Shown piece after piece: positions 44,198 to 52,510 of a DNA stretch of 53,701 nucleotides (position 1 is the stretch's first letter; the number at the start of each line of letters is the position of its first letter). The notes beneath the pieces are model-generated. The model was not told where the DNA came from. It searched no databases and was given only the letters and a program-made list of their open reading frames with translations. A program made the position numbers and the translations under genes. The DNA is from a virus (taxonomy: Duplodnaviria; Caudoviricetes): positions 1 through 53,701 of the IMG/VR virus record IMGVR_UViG_3300017971_000343. One strand, given 5' to 3'.

Positions 44198-46612
44198 CTA
44201 ATCCGGCACTATATCCTTTCTGCCCGGCATACCTACAATCTCGACATCTTCTGCATATGGCATAATATGATCAAGCATTCTCTTGCTTGCACTATAAACA
44301 GGATGAGCAGGATTTGTATTGGCTATAGCATGTTCAAGGCACGTTCTTGCCTTTCTTATATATAAAGATGCAAGTTGGTTGTGAGATTGAGTCAACTTCG
44401 GAGAATGTATCATTGCCTGCTTGAAATGATATTCTGAATCATCCTCCCTGCCTTCGTTCAATCTGTGTAATGCGAGTGAGAAATGAGCCATGCCATCATT
44501 AGGATTCCCGGCAAGTATCTTCTCGCATATCCTTGCATATCTTTTTAATTTCTTTTCAACAGCCATCGGGTCTTTTAAATATCCAAAATGATGTATGCCT
44601 TCCTGCGGATTGGCAACAAATATTGTTTTGCCATACATTTTTATGTTCGATAAAGAATCGTTCACACTTTCATGTACTTCTCCGCTATATTTCACTTCAG
44701 GCAAATTCCTAAACATTCTACTGTTTTCCGATATGAAATTCTTGCCGCTTGGAACATAATTTATCACAGGGATAACATAAGCAAGCACAGGCTCTTCTAT
44801 CATGCGATAAAATCTAAAAACATCCAATCCCATATTACCGTTACTGAGGCGTTCATCTGGATCTAATTGAAAACACCATTTGGCAGTTGATTTAGATCTT
44901 GCAAAATCCCTCGCATCTGCAAAGTTATCCTTCCATACATAATCATACACTTTCGCCCCATAATGTTCTGCAATCCACTTTGTATTGTCTTTGGAACCAG
45001 TGTCAACTATGACCATCTCATCAAAAAACATATGGTAGCTGTCAAGGAACACTTCAAGATTTTCTTCTTCATTTCTGGCAATCATTATAAGCCCAAGAGT
45101 ATTGTCGGGTGTGTATTTTACAAGTTTCACGTTTACATCTATAAGATGAGAATAATCAGATGCTCCGATCATTCTGGTTCTTTTGTCCGTATCCATGTCC
45201 TGATACCAGTTATATTTCCTTACCCGATCATCCCTGTCAACATACCCATAATGCCTGATCCTGTAAGGAGTAATTACTACATTTTCTATAGGAACCCATG
45301 GCACTGAATTACAATGGAATCCCTGCGGGTGATTGCTGACAATATGCTGGTTAGGCATATTCCTTACCATCCTGACATTCGCCATGTTGCCGAAGATCCC
45401 ATCTGTTCTCTGCATATCTTCGGAATCCCAATGCGTTATGTATCTGAATATGTATGCATGAGTATCAGGGCGAATCGGGTTCATCAGCTTTTCAGCTACT
45501 TCTCTCGTAAACTTTTCTTCAAGTTCTTCGTCCCCGTCGTTGATGATGACCCAGTCTGGATTTCGTGATTTGCACAATTGATAGAGTATCTCTCGATCCC
45601 TTGCTTCGTTAAAGGTAGTTTCTGTTTGTCGATGGATTTCGACAACTTTCTTATGTTTCTGCGCAATTTCCACCGTCTTATCCGTAGAGTTATCATCGAA
45701 AACAACGATTTCATCTGCAACCTCCTCCATTTTAGTTAGCACCCTATCAAACCAGCGTTCTACGTTTTTTACCCGATAGCCAGCGACAAGTTTCTTGTTT
45801 GATTTTTGAGAATTTATCATCTCCCATTTCTTGTGATACGGGAACCTGTTTTTCAGTCCTCTCCTTGCAAAGTCCTGTTTCAATCGAAGGGTCGTCTGCC
45901 CTCCAACATGATGAACAAAGGCGTTTCTTGCAATTACACTGGCATGCCCGGCAAGGTCTGCACGAACAATATAATCGTTATCCTCAAACCCTAACGGCAT
46001 ATCCGTGTTGTTCATTCGGTATTTGTTCAAATCGTCGAGTTCCCCGACCGCTTCAAAACATTCCCTCGTCATTATCCAACAAAAACCCGAAAGGAAACCT
46101 GCTCTTTGAGCAAGGGATTCCCCCTTAATCCTGCACTCCTGCCTTCTTATCTTATCAAGCAAAACAGAAAATTCATGCAAAGTGTTGATGTTATATCTTG
46201 GTTCTTTAATCTGTTGCAATCCTGCCACATGATTCGACATGGGACCAGCAATACCGATCTTGTCCATGCCGAGTATCAATTCGGGGTGTTCTATTGCGTA
46301 AATTAACTTTGTGTCCCATCCCTGAGTGAATACAAGGTCGTTGTTCAATACGGCAAGGTAATTACAATCCTTTGAAGCGGCATTTAATCCGAGATTTATT
46401 GCCTTGCTGTAAGTTAGAAGCGTATCCGAACGCAATACTTTTACTTCGGGGAATTTCTTCAAACATTCAGTTGTCCCGTCAGTTGAAGCGTTATCGACTA
46501 CGATTAGCTGGTAGGGCGTTTCAGTATATGCCATTGCGCTTTTAATTGCATTGACAGTATGTTCCCATCCATCAGAAGCCGCAATCACCATTGCCAGTTT
46601 GTTCTTAGACAT
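44198..46612 (-). CDS. Triple-GT2-domain glycosyltransferase with C-terminal TPR-like helices
   Basis: VDNASTD/LNND/FEDND; FDDNSTD/DGDE; IARNEE/DTGS.D/DPDE/VHE; helical C-terminus. Probable start MSKNK at 46612. Confidence 0.9.
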   Translation of the reverse strand: MSKNKLAMVIAASDGWEHTVNAIKSAMAYTETPYQLIVVDNASTDGTTECLKKFPEVKVLRSDTLLTYSKAINLGLNAASKDCNYLAVLNNDLVFTQGWDTKLIYAIEHPELILGMDKIGIAGPMSNHVAGLQQIKEPRYNINTLHEFSVLLDKIRRQECRIKGESLAQRAGFLSGFCWIMTRECFEAVGELDDLNKYRMNNTDMPLGFEDNDYIVRADLAGHASVIARNAFVHHVGGQTTLRLKQDFARRGLKNRFPYHKKWEMINSQKSNKKLVAGYRVKNVERWFDRVLTKMEEVADEIVVFDDNSTDKTVEIAQKHKKVVEIHRQTETTFNEARDREILYQLCKSRNPDWVIINDGDEELEEKFTREVAEKLMNPIRPDTHAYIFRYITHWDSEDMQRTDGIFGNMANVRMVRNMPNQHIVSNHPQGFHCNSVPWVPIENVVITPYRIRHYGYVDRDDRVRKYNWYQDMDTDKRTRMIGASDYSHLIDVNVKLVKYTPDNTLGLIMIARNEEENLEVFLDSYHMFFDEMVIVDTGSKDNTKWIAEHYGAKVYDYVWKDNFADARDFARSKSTAKWCFQLDPDERLSNGNMGLDVFRFYRMIEEPVLAYVIPVINYVPSGKNFISENSRMFRNLPEVKYSGEVHESVNDSLSNIKMYGKTIFVANPQEGIHHFGYLKDPMAVEKKLKRYARICEKILAGNPNDGMAHFSLALHRLNEGREDDSEYHFKQAMIHSPKLTQSHNQLASLYIRKARTCLEHAIANTNPAHPVYSASKRMLDHIMPYAEDVEIVGMPGRKDIVPD

Positions 46613-46994
46613 TCTTATTCTCCTCGTCATTTAAATATTTTTCGTCGCCGTCATATCTATATTCATCCGGTATATATAAACCAACTTCATCTGGGTTGTT
46701 AGTTTTTTCCCATTTTATAAACTCGATAGAGACTGTTCTTGTAGGCATCCCACATCTTATATCTACGATCCAACAATCAATATCGTTAACCATAAAATCA
46801 GAAAAGTCGTAAGTCAAGAGATCGTATATTGGTTTAGGATATACATGGTAATTATACATATGCTTTAAAGCATTTACCCAACAGTTAGAATTATCTTCTT
46901 TGTGATATTTTATAACATAGGGTTTTCTTTTTTTTATCAAATTGAGATAATACTGCTTACCCCTATTCTCTATGCTTTTACCTATGTCTATCAT
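46605..46994 (-). CDS. Hypothetical protein
   Basis: GGAG ribosome-binding site; operonic position. Confidence 0.5.
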   Translation of the reverse strand: MIDIGKSIENRGKQYYLNLIKKRKPYVIKYHKEDNSNCWVNALKHMYNYHVYPKPIYDLLTYDFSDFMVNDIDCWIVDIRCGMPTRTVSIEFIKWEKTNNPDEVGLYIPDEYRYDGDEKYLNDEENKNV

Positions 46995-46996
46995 TC

Positions 46997-47563
46997 TTAT
47001 TCTCCTGCATCTTCGTTTTTGTTAAAATTAAGAATATCATAAATCTCAAATATATGATCTATGAAATGTTCTTCTAACTGATCTTTCACTTCCATCCAGC
47101 GTTTATGTCTAATGCAGTCAATAGAAAGATCTTCGTTGTTTTCCTTCTTGGCTACAATTTTTTCGCAAATTCTGCATTTCCATTCTACAATATTATCTGT
47201 ACATATATAGCTAAAAAAAGAAAACATGGTTTTTGGCACATTGTTCTTGTAATGGAATTTATCTTCATGTTCTTTAATCAGTGTTTTTATTTTTGATTCA
47301 ACATTGTTCACATCCGACCAACTATAATATGGATATGGATTGCCCTTGATATAAGGAGTTAAAGGTTCATCCGTTCCCGGAGGAACATATGGTTGCGTTG
47401 TAATAGTAGGGATTGAGACAGTATTTGAATGTCCAATTATCTCAATACTTTTTACTAATTCGGCTATTGCCACTATAAGATAATGATATTCAGGTTTTCC
47501 CTTACCTTTAGTTTCTTCAATACATTCTTGAAGTTTTTCGTTTAAAGATTTATTTAATTTCAT
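46997..47563 (-). CDS. Hypothetical protein with C2H2-like C-terminus
   Basis: CRIC...HFIDH; GGAG ribosome-binding site. Confidence 0.5.
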   Translation of the reverse strand: MKLNKSLNEKLQECIEETKGKGKPEYHYLIVAIAELVKSIEIIGHSNTVSIPTITTQPYVPPGTDEPLTPYIKGNPYPYYSWSDVNNVESKIKTLIKEHEDKFHYKNNVPKTMFSFFSYICTDNIVEWKCRICEKIVAKKENNEDLSIDCIRHKRWMEVKDQLEEHFIDHIFEIYDILNFNKNEDAGE

Positions 47564-47573
47564 TCTTATTCTC

Positions 47574-48143
47574 CTATATCTCCGTTTTTGTTAAAATCAT
47601 TTCTTTATGAGTATCCCCATCAAAAGATGTTATGTCTCTAATATTAGAAATAACATAATACTTCGGAACTTTATTTTCTTTTTTTACCAATATATCATCG
47701 TTCTTTAAATCCACATTTGTTGCAGAATAAAAATCAGCATAATAATTAGTCCTCTCCCCCGGCAATTTCAACACTTCCATGTTGGTCTTTGTTCTGAAAT
47801 AACCGTAGATAGTATACTTTGTTACCAGATTTCTGACATCTACGTTCGCTTCATCAAAAGTTTGGATCTTCATATAACCGGATAAACTCGCTGGAGTTAC
47901 CCCCGATAGAGTCGTAAATAAATTCGTGCTTCTCTTTGATATATCGCTAGTATAAGTTAGTGTTTCTACTGTCGAACCATTCAAATAAATCGTTCCCGAT
48001 TGAGCACTATTAAGTGTTATTAATATTAAAGATTCTTTTGCAGGATTTGGCTTTATGGAAACTTCATCAATTATTCCGTCATATAAAACATTGGTATACC
48101 TCTTTATCTCGACTAACTCGTTAGAAATGTCCTGTATCGTCAA
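47574..48143 (-). CDS. Head-closure-like protein with an internal insertion
   Basis: Follows the adaptor; the C-terminus DLKNDDIL...Y.I..I......H.E..L resembles head-closure proteins. Confidence 0.5.
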   Translation of the reverse strand: MTIQDISNELVEIKRYTNVLYDGIIDEVSIKPNPAKESLILITLNSAQSGTIYLNGSTVETLTYTSDISKRSTNLFTTLSGVTPASLSGYMKIQTFDEANVDVRNLVTKYTIYGYFRTKTNMEVLKLPGERTNYYADFYSATNVDLKNDDILVKKENKVPKYYVISNIRDITSFDGDTHKEMILTKTEI

Positions 48144-48153
48144 TTTTATTCTC

Positions 48154-48741
48154 CTATTTGAATTGCCGCCTGAAAGGGTGAAGCAACGTATAAATTCCGG
48201 GAGGCATCCCGTCAGTTAAATCATACCTTGTGTAATAATCTTCCCCTGCCTTTCTGGTTCTTATATCGTCAACACCGGAATCATAAAAATCACGCCTTAC
48301 CAGCTTCATAGTTGCAAGTTTTATCGCATCAGGGATAGCCGTTGAAGCATACCCTGCCGTATAGGTAATCTCGAACTCCTTGTCCCCCTCATACCAGTAG
48401 TCTTTTATGTAGTTTATAACATCTATATTATCAGTCGGTTTTTTTCTCAACATCCCCTTGTCGTAATACGAGTTATAATCGGTTCCCTCTACAACAGCAG
48501 TCCCATGACTCGTTGCCCCTGCTATGCTCGTAACCGGATACTGCTTTAAAAATATCGCAACCTGCTTGTATTTAATGTCATGGTATTCGGTATACGTATC
48601 AGATATTATGTCCCTGTGAAGCCATTGCTGAATCGAAGCAGTATATCCCTTTATAAGCGTATCAAGCCAGCCGTCATATTTTTCTTCGTCAACCAGCTTG
48701 CAAGCCATCTTTGCTTCATTTAAAGTGATAAACTTTGCCAT
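48154..48741 (-). CDS. Head-tail adaptor (gp6/gp15-like)
   Basis: FITLNEAK, YPVTSI, ITYTAGY...IPDAIKLA, LLHPFR. Confidence 0.85.
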   Translation of the reverse strand: MAKFITLNEAKMACKLVDEEKYDGWLDTLIKGYTASIQQWLHRDIISDTYTEYHDIKYKQVAIFLKQYPVTSIAGATSHGTAVVEGTDYNSYYDKGMLRKKPTDNIDVINYIKDYWYEGDKEFEITYTAGYASTAIPDAIKLATMKLVRRDFYDSGVDDIRTRKAGEDYYTRYDLTDGMPPGIYTLLHPFRRQFK

Positions 48742-48762
48742 CGCATAGACTCCTATTAATAT

Positions 48763-49209
48763 TTATTTTTTGGCATTAGGGTTGTGACCCTTAATGTATA
48801 ATTGTAAATGGCTCGTGGGCATAAAAGCATCCCCGCATCCACATTTACATATTCTCTCTGATAAAACTTTCTTTGGCTTTTTATTGAGATTAGACCTTCC
48901 TTTTCTCCCGTAAGTATCCTGCATATATTCCTCTCTCGTAGATGGAAGGGTTTCGCTTTTCCTTTGCTCCCTGCTGTTTTTATCCAGCAAACCCCTCTTT
49001 ACAAAATGATCCCATACATTCTGAGGAAGATCATCGACTGTAATTACTACCGGGAATCCCCTGATTCTCACAGCCGGAACATATTTGTCGTTCTTTACAA
49101 CAGCGTAACCCTTGTAGCATTTAACTATTTCGTCATAAAGCCGCACTTTAGTGACACACGTGTTGTTTGTTATGCCCCCAGCCATGTTTTGCGATAATAT
49201 CGTTGTCAT
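48763..49209 (-). CDS. Capsid-adjacent hypothetical protein
   Basis: N-terminal ~50 aa resemble the N-terminus of the 1276-aa glycosyltransferase; C-terminal CKCGCG...YIKGHN zinc motif. Confidence 0.6.
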   Translation of the reverse strand: MTTILSQNMAGGITNNTCVTKVRLYDEIVKCYKGYAVVKNDKYVPAVRIRGFPVVITVDDLPQNVWDHFVKRGLLDKNSREQRKSETLPSTREEYMQDTYGRKGRSNLNKKPKKVLSERICKCGCGDAFMPTSHLQLYIKGHNPNAKK

Positions 49210-49228
49210 GTACGTTCGTTCCTTTCTT

Positions 49229-49277
49229 AAAAATCGGGGAGCGAGGAAGGAGAATAAAATCTAATCCCCGCATCCCC
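49229..49277 (-). terminator. Intrinsic terminator after the major capsid gene (large CU-rich loop)
   Basis: GGGGATGCGGGGA...TCCTCGCTCCCC followed by GATTTTT. Confidence 0.65.
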
Positions 49278-49287
49278 TTGGAAAAAT

Positions 49288-50250
49288 TTAGTCGGCATCA
49301 GCCCAAATTCCAATAAGTTTAGAAATTTTAAGCGGATTCCTTAAAACGAGAACTTCGTCGCAGAAGATTTCGAACTCGTCATACTGAGAAGTTGTTTTTG
49401 CCAGAGGCATCATTGTTACAGGTGTTAATTCACCTCTCCAGAGATGATCCGTATCAACAAAGTAAATTGAACTGGAAGAACCACCAGTATTTGCCTGCTC
49501 AGTCGTTCCATTGAAGAACTGAGTTATCGGCATGTTGGTGCTGATATAGATAGGTACTCCATTATATGTAAGTACTTTAAATCCACCAGCAACTTCGGTT
49601 ACGTTTACAAATCTCTGATTAGCCTGCAATAAAGCGTTCAACTCTCTACGAGTTCGTCTCGCCATTATAATCATATCGGGGTTACCAATATTCTTGTCCA
49701 TCGCTTCATCCATCAGCGATAAAGTTAAATCATCTCCACCCTGACTTGTCGTACATGCTACCATCTGGTTGTCAGTGCATAGATACTGTATACCTTCAGG
49801 GGTGCTGGCTGAACTTACACCAGTCATAAAAGCCTGATCTTCGGTGTCTTTCCAGCTTTCCATTTTGTTCTCAATTTCTTCCATGAGAACGTCTATGTAT
49901 GAAGCACCAGTTCTTTGAAGTTTCCTCGTTACCCTACCTTTACCAAGGATAGTCCTGTAAGCGAATGAAAACTGTGCATATGAACCAGCATCTTCTGTAG
50001 CAGTATCGGTATCAGCAACCCACTCAGCAGGAGTAGATCCGGGAGATGCCCTGTTTAAAAGCCAATTCTGACCGGAACCCTGTTTCGTAGGAAGATTTAC
50101 CCTGATTGGGTTCTGATAATCTGCAAGTAAAGGGATAACCTTATCGACTACGGGCTGTAAAAGTTTAGTACCCGCACCGGATGAAGTCAAAGCCTTGCGA
50201 ATAGTCGCCAATCCTTCTGTCCAAATATCACCGTGAGCCATATATATCAC
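49288..50250 (-). CDS. Major capsid protein (HK97 fold)
   Basis: Follows the protease and scaffold genes; ~320 aa; strong ribosome-binding site and terminator; YNGVPI and PLAKT...F motifs. Confidence 0.88.
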   Translation of the reverse strand: MIYMAHGDIWTEGLATIRKALTSSGAGTKLLQPVVDKVIPLLADYQNPIRVNLPTKQGSGQNWLLNRASPGSTPAEWVADTDTATEDAGSYAQFSFAYRTILGKGRVTRKLQRTGASYIDVLMEEIENKMESWKDTEDQAFMTGVSSASTPEGIQYLCTDNQMVACTTSQGGDDLTLSLMDEAMDKNIGNPDMIIMARRTRRELNALLQANQRFVNVTEVAGGFKVLTYNGVPIYISTNMPITQFFNGTTEQANTGGSSSSIYFVDTDHLWRGELTPVTMMPLAKTTSQYDEFEIFCDEVLVLRNPLKISKLIGIWADAD

Positions 50251-50315
50251 CCCCTATGTGTCTTGCTCGGCATAATGTTTCGTATTTGCATTGTCTCAAT
50301 TTCCATCCTTAATAT

Positions 50316-51200
50316 TTAATATCCGTGATTCAACTTGGCTTTCGAATCCTTCATAGCCGTCTTGAAACTTTCAATCGGATTCAGCTTCCTTTTGTTCATC
50401 TCATACTTGAACTCAGGGTTGCTTATTTTGTCGAGAAATTCCGTTAGTTCGTTTTCGTCAGAGTCGACATCACGGCTATTTGCAGGTTCCTCTACTATCG
50501 CTTTGCGGTCAGGGATCTCGTTCTTTAATGCCTCGATTTCCCTTTCTTTCTCTGCAAGCAGTGTTTTGAGATTTTCGATTTCAGGATTCTTGTCATCGAC
50601 AGTATTTTGGGGTTCGTTTTTTTCGTCAACAGGCTCTTCTTTTGCATCAGCCAAAACCTCGTCTTTTACTTCGTCTTTTACCTCGTTCACAACTTCAGAC
50701 TCTTTCTTCAACTCGTCACCGATAGGATTTCCGGGAGTGTCAAGAGTCATCCTCTCGGAATTTTTCTTTTCGGCAACCTCTGTTTTAGGTTCAGGCTTAA
50801 CATCGGCATTTGCACTGTCGAGTTGCTCGTTAAGTTCCGCAAGAGTGTCAAGCTGTTCAGGATCAACAACTTTTTTGTTCCTTAAATCAGCTTCCCTTGC
50901 CATTGCTTCCACGTCAACTTCGCCTTTTATTTCCGCTGTTTGTTTTGTTTTTTCTTCTTTCGCCATTTCTTCATCACCCCCTCCTTCTGTATGTTCATCT
51001 AACTCTAAATCTTCCCCTTCAACTTCTTTTTTCTCTTTAACTTCTTCTTCATCACATTTATCCGGGCTTTTCTTTTTACGCTTAAAAATCATAAATTCTT
51101 TCAAATTTGCACCGTCGTCAACGTAAGATACTTCATCTAAAAAAGCCTTTTTAAAAACTCTGGGCTTTTTTTCTTCGCCCTTACTCTTTTTCTTTGCCAT
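50316..51200 (-). CDS. Scaffold-like acidic protein with an N-terminal prohead-protease motif
   Basis: LDEVSYVDDGAN followed by an E/K-rich disordered and coiled-coil region; precedes the capsid gene. Confidence 0.65.
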   Translation of the reverse strand: MAKKKSKGEEKKPRVFKKAFLDEVSYVDDGANLKEFMIFKRKKKSPDKCDEEEVKEKKEVEGEDLELDEHTEGGGDEEMAKEEKTKQTAEIKGEVDVEAMAREADLRNKKVVDPEQLDTLAELNEQLDSANADVKPEPKTEVAEKKNSERMTLDTPGNPIGDELKKESEVVNEVKDEVKDEVLADAKEEPVDEKNEPQNTVDDKNPEIENLKTLLAEKEREIEALKNEIPDRKAIVEEPANSRDVDSDENELTEFLDKISNPEFKYEMNKRKLNPIESFKTAMKDSKAKLNHGY

Positions 51201-51804
51201 CTTCGTCCACCTCCACCAAGCCTACTCCAGATGTGGAATAGCCTCGTATTTCCTTATTTTTTATTTTCTCTAAAACCTGATCGTTTAAAACTTCAGTGTT
51301 CATAAACCATGTACCACGCTTGATCTTGCCGCTTTCAATCAAGTTCATAATTTCATCACTAAAAAACATGCTGTCAACTATAGCCCCGAACTGGGTTTTG
51401 CCGGGAATCTCGTAATCGAGTTCCATCTTCTTTTCAATTTCGACAGCATTTTCTAATTTCTCAAAATCTACTCCGGCTATTTCCCTGCCGTCTTCCGTCT
51501 CATACAATTGTATCGCATCAATGCTCTTTAAAAATTTCTTCAGGTTTGCAACATTACCGTGCATATAAGAAATTATCTGGCTCGTTTTCATGTATTCATG
51601 AGCCATATCCTCTACAACGTCATAAGGGAAGAGATCCCCCTGCCCGTCAACTTCGTCCGCCTGAGTTACAACCCCCCCAACTATCCGCTTTTCCATATCA
51701 ATAACTTCAGGGTCAATGTCCATTTTCTTCTCTATGTATTTTTCTTTATCCATACTCTTTTTTATTCTCTTGCCCGATTTCTTAATCTTGTTGTCTATAA
51801 ACAT
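51181..51804 (-). CDS. XkdF-like putative prohead serine protease
   Basis: KRIVGGVV...VDGQGD...AHEYM...MH...GTWF...IKNKEIRGYSTSG. Start MFIDNK follows a G-rich ribosome-binding site. Confidence 0.8.
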   Translation of the reverse strand: MFIDNKIKKSGKRIKKSMDKEKYIEKKMDIDPEVIDMEKRIVGGVVTQADEVDGQGDLFPYDVVEDMAHEYMKTSQIISYMHGNVANLKKFLKSIDAIQLYETEDGREIAGVDFEKLENAVEIEKKMELDYEIPGKTQFGAIVDSMFFSDEIMNLIESGKIKRGTWFMNTEVLNDQVLEKIKNKEIRGYSTSGVGLVEVDEDGKEKE

Positions 51805-51817
51805 TAATGTTCCCCCC

Positions 51818-52510
51818 CTACGATACAATTTCGTCCACAAGACCATATTTAAGTGCTGTTTCAGCATCCCACCAAATATCGTGTCTCAAAATCTCGTCAA
51901 GTTCGTCTTCGGGAACATTAGCATATTCCCTGTAAGCATTCTTTATCTTCTCCATGAACATATCCATGTTCTTTTTCGAATCGGCAAGTTGCGTATATTT
52001 ACCCATCGAAAAACTCGAAAGTTCATGGATTAAAATAAACCCGTTCTTTTTGATATATCTGATATTACCCACGATACTCATAAGGGTAGCTGCAGAAGCA
52101 GCACTGTTGTCTATCAATGTATATATAGGAATCTTCTGGCTTATGTTCTTAATTTCATCCATCGCACTGAATCCTGCCATTAAATCTCCACCGGAACTGT
52201 TTATATACAGCCATATTTCTTCTGTCTCATCAATCAGCTTTTCTGAGATATAACGTAAGTCCATTATCAATCGCTGAACAGAATACATGTCAACATTATC
52301 ATAAAAATATATGCTTTTCTTTTGTTTTTCCTTTTTTTCGGGTTCGTCCTCAGATTTTACGTTATCGGATAGGGATTTCTGAAAATCAACTTCCTTGACC
52401 CTCGAACGCTTTCCGTCCCCCCATATTACATTGTCTGCGTTCCGCACTTCGTTAAACACACTGCCACCATGACTTAACACGGAAGTAATTATGTCCCTTA
52501 TTTTAAACAT
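51818..52510 (-). CDS. clpP: ClpP-like protease
   Basis: YINSSGG, AASAAT (catalytic Ser), LIHE (His), DIWWDAETALKYGLVDEI (Asp). Confidence 0.9.
   Translation of the reverse strand: MFKIRDIITSVLSHGGSVFNEVRNADNVIWGDGKRSRVKEVDFQKSLSDNVKSEDEPEKKEKQKKSIYFYDNVDMYSVQRLIMDLRYISEKLIDETEEIWLYINSSGGDLMAGFSAMDEIKNISQKIPIYTLIDNSAASAATLMSIVGNIRYIKKNGFILIHELSSFSMGKYTQLADSKKNMDMFMEKIKNAYREYANVPEDELDEILRHDIWWDAETALKYGLVDEIVS

Noticed and set aside
50335-51126. 263-aa plus-strand ORF and other plus-strand ORFs (e.g. 36210-36845, 18645-18920)
   Set aside because: They are antisense shadows of biased or low-complexity minus-strand genes, with Ser/Phe- or Val-rich translations and no recognisable motifs.
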